NCBI RefSeq assembly: GCF_006345805.1 | Contig: NW_021835813.1 | Span: 1-38,098, forward strand | From: Octopus sinensis | Taxonomy: Eukaryota | DNA length: 38,098 nucleotides | Direction of reading: 5' to 3' | Shown here: positions 36,195 through 38,098 of the stretch, one piece after another | Layout: each line of letters opens with the position of its first letter | Position numbering within the stretch: position 1 is the stretch's first letter | The notes under the pieces: generated by a model | The model's input: the letters and a program-made list of their open reading frames with translations, nothing else | Told to the model about the DNA's origin: nothing | Databases searched by the model: none | Position numbers and translations under genes: made by a program

Positions 36195-37098
36195 CCGTAA
36201 ATCCTTGAGAATAATCCGCATTTTTTTCCCAAAATTTAAAGGTCAAAATCCCTAGTGCGTACTATATACGAGGTCAAAATGAAAATTATTTTCTAACAAT
36301 GTCCGAGTCTCGATTTGCGGTCTGGCAATATTCATTCAGACGCATTTTGTGATGTCGGGCGCGCGAAAATACCTTAAGCTAAGCCTGAAAGCAATGAAGT
36401 TATAAAAGAATATCCATAACTTGCAATAAGCAACATTTATTAAACGTTATTACTGTTATCTATTTTCTGCAAACAAAATGCACAAAAAAGCTACACGTTT
36501 GCATTATGTTATATACAACTAGCAGTATCGACCGGCGTTGCTCGGGTTTGTAGGGAAATAACTATATAAGCATTTTTAGAGAGTTACTTCCCTTATATAA
36601 TAGCAAAAAAAATGCATTAAAAATAAAAAAATCTATGGTAATTTTTTTTAAATCGTTGTCTCATCGTAGACATTTTTTGAGAGTTACTTCCCTTATATAA
36701 TAGCCAGGAAATGCATTAAAATGGGAAAAATGATGGTAATTTTTTTTTAAAATCGTAGACTCATCGTAGACGCGCGCTAATACCCAGAAGGGCTCGATAT
36801 GAATCACGACTATAAGTTACCCGGTGTTTGTTAAATTGCACCGCAAAATATGGGAGTAGTTAGGAATCTAAATCTTAGGAGACAGACACTCAACTTCACT
36901 TTTATATATAAAGAAGATAATAATAAAGGACGTTACCAAATACAGTTTTACAAACCAAGGACGTTATATAAACCTCCTTGACTCAAGTTAGAGAAAGGGT
37001 GCATATTATATACAAGGTTTAGGCTTTTCAGAGGTACAGCTTCCTAAAATTCCCCTGCGTATTATACTCAAGAGCGAACTATACTCGAGGGTTTACGG
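36195..37098. mobile_element. pogo/Tc1-mariner-type MITE with TA flanks
   Basis: TA|CCGTAAATCCTTGAGAATAATCCGC ... GCGAACTATACTCGAGGGTTTACGG|TA. Confidence 0.7.
36519..36917 (-). mobile_element. Short non-autonomous Helitron nested in the MITE
   Basis: Minus strand A|TC...CCGAGCAACGCCGG...CTAG|T; body similar to ~14080-14290. Confidence 0.8.
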
Positions 37099-37187
37099 TA
37101 TATATTCCGATTATACTTTCCGATATGCACATTGCAGTAAAATGAAGTGTAATAATTTTGTTTTTGCTTTTGTTTGTTTGATTATTC

Positions 37188-37428
37188 TTTTATTCTTTTA
37201 CTTGTTTCAGTCATTTGACTGCGGCCATGCTGGAGCACCGCCTTTAGTTGAGCAAATCGACCCCAGGACTTATTCTTTTGTAAGCCTTTTACTTATTCTA
37301 TCGGTGTCTTTTGTGGAACCGCTAAGTTACGGGGACGTACACACACAAGCATCGGTTTGTCAAATGATGCTGGGAGACAAACACACAGACACACAAACAT
37401 ACACACATACACGCACGCACACACACGC

Positions 37429-37490
<62 letters not shown>
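37188..37490 (-). mobile_element. SINE 3' part with (CA)n/(TA)n
   Basis: CTTGTTTCAGTCATTTGACTGCGGCCATGCTGGAGCACCGCC... is the reverse complement of the SINE tail. Confidence 0.85.
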
Positions 37491-37493
<3 letters not shown>

Positions 37494-38098
37494 ACGATAA
37501 ATAATTTGTAAAATGGTAGAGATTGATTGCAACGGCATGTAGTAAGATGTGAAAGATGAATTACAAAGAGATATAGTATGATGTAATTACAAAGAGAGAT
37601 AGAATGATGTTGTGAGAGAACAGAATTAGAGCTAGTAAGAGTAAGAGAATGTGAGACAAATTGTCATGTACAGTCGTTGATAGTAAACTTCATTTCTCCC
37701 TCTGACCAAGGTTCTAGCTGGTCAGCCAAGCTTCATTCTCACTGAGTTGTCACTGAAGTGACTAACTGATTTTTGCTTGGAATATTCTTGCTTTTATAAC
37801 TATCCAGAAGGATAGACATATCATTGAGAACAATAGATTTAGTTGATGGTCTTGTTATCTTCATTCTAGCTTTTGGTGAAGTGGAAGAAGTTAGAAAGGT
37901 GAAGACATTATATCGGCATAGTTAAAGGCATCTGGAGAATGTAAACTGCCACAGAAAAACCGTGTGAAAAGTTCTGTTGAAGTGTTAATTTAAATTCGGC
38001 TACGGCGGATCGAATTTACTTCATGCTAGCAAGATCCACTGCATGTGTGTGTGTGTGGTGTGTGTGTGTGTGTGTGTGTTGTGTGTGTGTGTGTGTGT

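Overview
Repeat-rich, AT-rich eukaryotic genomic DNA. The tRNA-derived SINE families resemble ones I recall from Octopus (coleoid cephalopod); this assignment is inferred, not verified. The main content is a minus-strand cluster of intronless, SAM-less SAMHD1-like HD-domain dNTP triphosphohydrolase genes. Two are intact (31008-32207 and 33508-34731). At least six broken copies or fragments lie between 5.4 and 23.9 kb, spread by segmental and tandem duplication (for example 5583-12026 vs 24668-30693). The two intact paralogues have near-identical flanks and N-terminal halves but strongly diverged C-terminal halves. One has lost almost all its C-terminal lysines (2 vs 24). The cluster also carries a young, rearranged Penelope-like retroelement with a minimal hammerhead ribozyme (5095-5137), a head-to-tail Helitron pair with an empty paralogous site, Tigger/pogo remnants, fold-back MITEs, SINEs and long microsatellites. 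Most short ORFs in the track are microsatellite translations. Many ORF-track starts are TTG/GTG and are not real eukaryotic starts.
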